Shown one piece after another: positions 25,901-26,935 of a stretch of DNA of 26,935 nt. Both the position numbers and the translations under genes were made by a program. The stretch spans positions 1-26,935 of the IMG/VR virus record IMGVR_UViG_3300044641_006843, one strand, 5' to 3'. Position 1 is the stretch's first letter. Each line of letters opens with the position of its first letter. This DNA is from a virus. Lineage: Duplodnaviria > Caudoviricetes. The notes under the pieces are model-generated. The model was not told the DNA's origin. It made no database searches and worked only from the letters and a program-made list of their open reading frames with translations.

Positions 25901-26935
25901 CTTCACTCCTCGGAAAGTGGCACCGATGCCTCCGTTGCCTACTAGGGTGATGTTGCCGTTGTAAAATACGATGGCTACCGGCTCCTTGATTGCCGAGTTG
26001 AGCTGGTTGAAGGTGTATTCCGCGGAGATGACTTTGGAATCATTGATGGTGTTGAACACGGACACCGTATCCGCACCGCGTAGCTCAGGGCTTACCTGCT
26101 GTACCAAGGCATGCAGGGGATTTCTGAAAAAATTAGCCATAAACGCAGACACTTTATTCTTCTTCTTAGTTTCTTCTGCTACGTTATTATCCTTAACACT
26201 TTCCTTAAAAGCGTTGAGTGCAACCAAAGCTGCGTCAATTTTCCTAGCGTCTTCGATGTTCGGGAAAGTGTATGCGTATTCCCTTCCGCCCTTGTCGCTG
26301 GCAACGTCAACCCAGTTGGATTCGTCACCGTTGAGCATTCCGTCAACGATGTTGTTAACCGCAAGAAGCCCTTCCCTGATTGTTCCGTATGACTTGTCGA
26401 AAAGCTCCCTGTTCATAGGCCTGATTGTTTCAGACAGGTTCTGGAACACGCCCTTCGCATTGCTCTCTACGGCGTACTTCTTCTTGTTGTCCAAATTGGC
26501 CTTTAGCTCAGAGCCCTTGGTAACCTCCTTGAGTAGCCTCATGCCCTCGGGTGCATCGACGAGCACGTTCTTCATGTACTCCTTGTCAGACCTTACGAGA
26601 GTGCGGCCCTTGCCGATTTCTTCTGACCTCTTCTGCCTGTACTTCTCGGGGTCCCTGTGTTTGGACATCAGGGCTTCGGCTTGACGCTTGTATCCGTCGA
26701 TTGAATCGACGTCTTTTACGATGTTAAGGGTCTCGAAATGATAGGCCAGATTGGAGCCATAAGGGCTGAATGCGGCACTCTGGGTCTCAATGGTGGACTC
26801 CATGGCGTGCATCAGCATCTTGAGCCGTCCTTCTTCCGTCTTGGCCACACGCTCGATGTAGTTCGTGTCGATGAACAGGCCGATGTTTCCGGTGCGACCG
26901 GAACGCTGTACCGTGAAGTACCTGCCGGTATGCTT
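13910..26935 (-). CDS. Giant polyvalent-type (probably virion/ejected) protein, at least 4,341 aa, 5' end outside window
   Basis: Frame stays open upstream of the track's GTG to the window edge (KHTGRYFTVQRSGR...); FEISD (25085-25099) plus HEVQH zincin motif (24638-24652); FVEELQSD (17033-17056). Confidence 0.85.
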   Translation of the reverse strand, partial: KHTGRYFTVQRSGRTGNIGLFIDTNYIERVAKTEEGRLKMLMHAMESTIETQSAAFSPYGSNLAYHFETLNIVKDVDSIDGYKRQAEALMSKHRDPEKYRQKRSEEIGKGRTLVRSDKEYMKNVLVDAPEGMRLLKEVTKGSELKANLDNKKKYAVESNAKGVFQNLSETIRPMNRELFDKSYGTIREGLLAVNNIVDGMLNGDESNWVDVASDKGGREYAYTFPNIEDARKIDAALVALNAFKESVKDNNVAEETKKKNKVSAFMANFFRNPLHALVQQVSPELRGADTVSVFNTINDSKVISAEYTFNQLNSAIKEPVAIVFYNGNITLVGNGGIGATFRGVKQGWNAMDASILGGTEIARNAQADGFKMSDSNAYAALVRRLMLPDSKRMSQRDVQAMTHVGMLEAAIIAMNPELDAKLKELRSAYEATEGSPVDRVNYSELLLTEVIENANPALIGLATAVHSIEKALDPSERIRAVTGATTTDLSQYQKQLADRFMDEALASWELEMQKYWSLGSPLSKMSEALDTVMGRKFYADHGLSPQQRKRADALIDTIRKFHKEQEAFFERSKAEPSMSLADVTGLSSVQKNELTKLGLIKKVMVKGIMTEIFEISDRDSYVDYTTSGGAPHLLPFADSPDMQKAFDAYANEVRTRMTTPGISAFIDRDKILGSTKLGKVFGHDLLYRYFPQLKDVEVRFVDIHGARAIRTMYGTFIIEIGARALASAELNLPVEFDKFKADAESLNSKFSGSNYVTGLFVHEVQHILQKMGNLLDDEKAIQGVANEAIKENFAKLLGVDYTDTSPASYFDFKHGIRQQRMVDALVKSNTPPVIASLEYSAKPIVRSAVRNMMEFATAEHNAGRLSDELYRAAGDLHYKAGRLDTIADAYTLYKELDAFKEKVGDASPRYVTTLAENKEFRAAIAAMAMVTHYANMVDTSAPFGRMTELHKAITNYSRLEYVMDPVERQAFTTQQRRGLSQLELAMKDRIAAENTSVLQIIDDAMNKGIMRGRSLSQSTVLMSIAGIGEKADDNKAAQMFGKMALVRYLAARASTELDNLERFIVQQSGWEIDENGRLILTSGHYLVKGDYHAAAQAAVQLGKENLSYEGGSFMATAKEMGKTGQPMTYTIKDFAKLAGFVIEAEDILSVGNSVIDIVNSDRFPAMVLGGEIRTELSKHGLFSEDAAKAVLLDSIDEAMKDHIFTKNDLLNILAFNHINFSTARSVSGKGGVPSAKGMKLGKEHMLRLTKNDPSYLEGVFNEVSGRNNRPVSQKTSKITLGRYVWDGAKISFSMENRPSWASMEDWTAFRKRVDSGMFIKNLPKVAVGTEYAVMLNDRINRATMLIGPVVQQAVKKIESNIEGDPKLARRLYGLLLDDMAAATVELVAGAHFPITTLDSGLFENVGSFFGAGEGSSAILKKRLGFNAEIPTAYGEKHGIRSIRHSGFVPSALSGIFGAYIHDLKDAQTVASTDVAETRAYGSNIDAFQAERLDDVPTSEPKASLMHYDEQMAGTYRQIQQNLPGSSQMLDNIMYSFGKTVEDHRESLEMLGTVKRELNDIATLNELDENFFEDDSDIVSYLENQSDLGGFMSKYTFAELAALPLETRAALVQPLISDVSRRISSIESQVALAMKVMDVWRAGLGSRDAIFKSAAEQRISPQFSTELQYIVPSGLMMTRGQTLTGVFGAVTAEGKGIVSVDPFSVSFDGLNSYKMTSEGRGIPADAIEKINRTLTNVESYVGFSLFNLQRPQKFRWKELLTNPTKFKQDMERSVGGYDRAKVFVEYLEKLTDPQAVSFISLSNEKTALAHYVGGNILAVQSLMGMVMLKNEGGPDNNQNHIQASLPQIMSIFADTTGPMAKASISENKKVAFNVENGVHLSHSALGAAVAPYLFALLQNGLSRATEDGLVELTNFGAITSDAFAFLETKIGEGNATPEQFKGYVNDWVAGIGSEAKNRLVHELTSQHSSSGILTMLGLMSGVAFEKEGKRLPDNVEFTLRDSLNFGSAYGMDHLMGQHAALQGLNDLGPNKVAAMLGEVIANAIHDERNEFWHGVAAGMAAMKDKRTKGYKANFHESYSSRKNTPVRRLLNDIQLTDDTQSFLFPFYSPPVAKFRHDPAYTPGIQNKAYEGASFALERSFGPSHGVKYERGSARTNWESFDRDNGIDAAINSFVTPVGYVEQSSREISMHEAMENSIVSLRGLLEDAMVFGEDEAGSGRNVLKQKDLGGSDYYTTSNYVIGTGGVTLANSPALGNVLSQSFKRSLMTNRLAAIAKQLGKTELSFPAGRYAASSSPNPSFLQIVNTEGRQTAMKNAGPMMWKTMAAAGTTGMGNMMHGRDYGKIGFSWRRLEDGRIMVNFSPDTNIAASYDTVHDDNWRPSIGIPLLRAVGWDANGKTAVSQSIIRKSILNSFAHNNPIPANMVGNKYVFSSLGKKFAAIDQASIIDYLQGVRKLMTGDIYLGGSTQNKLSGGTGMTSLPGQMVPKIRETLQNLLDGNIPSGKEDLYHMLVCCDEFMHDVSQEWAYQTFILPKDAKIEDFNAAVFSNYASAGIIDSPWSASRSLRSVWGGNGPTAANNFGQIYQRFSGQGESYARLVDFMMKEEPKASSGNAALQLLGKEKGSGSGGVGPDTLMMEAIKSANIVNQNMHGDMTAAFHRIMTGESGYFLPDNERSLAMTGDRSGIIEMMFPDRGDLQHYAWDSNKSLNLTVFKNAQKRYTIAWNEFGPIGQDGRRQVKRIVRNLDTESEANALADKIAAGGINAEVAKLTPNPDSIKLEEVSATSTATYLVQRSSKFNLVVQADTPVYADGVWGVGNLPKVFKTAEEARKASNIIRKGEVITTEAPKQDRISLSIGDHRVEELENSLRTRLNFALGGSPIQFSSTLINSIIKGMDKHKRIKEVRTGIEWFDLLTSNRVSKGEMRTTGMAHFLYANKDNNLSKKDILEYLNVFYPRQGRQLWQSDVPKLNEQMSLLQIRSPHNENYQVSKMLYAGRTLSLMQGQLNAIEHAITKASDENRPAMETALQALKDIHLNSLKEAYEKTYSKDTVVRLVEELGLTGKPSHEIVSGIFKALATDPDRVMEFSAPLLEYYRLGFNESAKKASAESLAALSGIEIYIPDPATISVDELAKYDLSLKNWETNAERYWDTHIKDQKDFGFYKNRDAGYSGYTSGLGEHVYQALFTESMPVDEEFKNYIAALAQNANDGQNPPELRKKYLDSLQAAKHIMAIKKAIADGYARTSGSHRGAPLGNLIGHLRLTDASVASVIPVQSPVSRAYDILKKNSDESAKQIPVTFVEELQSDTYQRKEFGARPEEGLSLYSSFKEIEENPALKKEINAIIERLSANRMNLNEKRSWLSNTARQYVRRHFTAYINKEMAKRDVMNSGPFLRFVISRDDDPSVWTSRGNVSVPESLTKNYGLPAKIPDLYPVGELSDNATRLYRRMVDEPINQLLDGAINAYFLGVEKNMPGFGGMSYGYFLNGGHSMELRIQGMAKYLLALSPEFIAHTAEVSDLCKVADGAGGIAKFDKIDFDKLAADWAAKVRLLSENQEFTSGLVERGMVTVQDVAAMRKMARILEDMSSGEAKNIAYQDTKISMTDQHGSQSPLPTDDPMFPDHKTMFEGPSESELRAFVIAFCNRASISAPTPADAMRLARESGILENRQYMSPRTMMARTVNFLMDASGGDMEQVTDVLAAGNRDLTGQMIRDFVNGVYKGKSGEMRAVDWFNSFYTSDYPASSNFRSNFGSLFKNMDYDMDSVSGLYESQGTRYIQHRARTFLGKTMESMAPAIAVLHESFKENSETEKLKARQAEIAKKTGLTLDEDGDLVTNVIPDGMPHGEDNAYRPIMVNFYVMRALQKRQRGLVIADARHHRSRYSSSGYVNLGVNLGGGKTFMLSGYSNTAKIGPEAAYVLDLVRKRGMMNKLIDRVRAENLDFTSEVEIEGTKKSVSSWLIDAGKQVIDEFPDAFSEEKNKDKTVRNYTAVIESVYKKNKELKEGGYAQDKLDETYRGVNDSDDMKKRMSKVTASPEGILVAMPYDKTHGYAVNYGAPMWLNEYYYAGNPRKAIEAVSHDAFEKASIAMANDKTYVVLAPNGKVLFEKIATMEEAEERAAQASKYLGNVPHLTMFLKQYSRVGAYVMEAFMQSSFRSASHQVTTAAKQEGFIRNPAGMKEFTDLRAGSGLQGLTKEAYNEGRYSEVFAGPASVADEPFSDFADQANLATLRSSKAEAIGPYDIRSEGIGWSAPVPMMLHAMGLDANSSSQEIAAGMSRVVSFNGPMLVIKPNFPTASHASEMAKLIVDGVTLMSLGDQSNQTKVAAMKDAYNWFRTPKQTRDDESRPAR

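Larger units (their letters stand above)
1..26935. mobile_element. Tailed dsDNA phage / prophage genome segment
   Basis: Terminase, RusA, RecE-like exonuclease, ERF, initiator plus DnaC-like loader, holin/spanin-like genes and a giant protein; tight ATGA-coupled gene packing; no host housekeeping genes. Confidence 0.95.

Overview
The whole window reads as part of a tailed dsDNA phage (or prophage) genome; no host genes are recognisable and the host cannot be named from this sequence. Left arm (mostly - strand): 5' part of the terminase large subunit, small basic/membrane proteins and a RusA resolvase. A divergent terminase-small-subunit-like gene follows, then a 28-bp dif-like (XerC/D) site, a nuclease-like gene and a lysozyme-like gene. 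Middle (+ strand, early region): a four-member tRNA/tRNA-like array, small genes with CA-rich leaders, a RecE-like exonuclease, a replication initiator with internal iterons, a DnaC-like loader, ERF and a canonical tRNA-Arg(CCT). Right arm (- strand): spanin-like and holin-like genes and a >4,300-aa polyvalent-type protein that runs off the window. The most striking signal is centred on AGG/CCT. AGG codons are common in the late genes and absent from the early genes I counted. The phage carries one normal tRNA-Arg(CCT) plus two tRNA-like RNAs with little or no D arm and CCT loops, one with a full alanine acceptor. A CAT-anticodon RNA with a tRNA-Pyl-like fold sits in the same array. All family calls are by-eye motif recognition; no searches were run.
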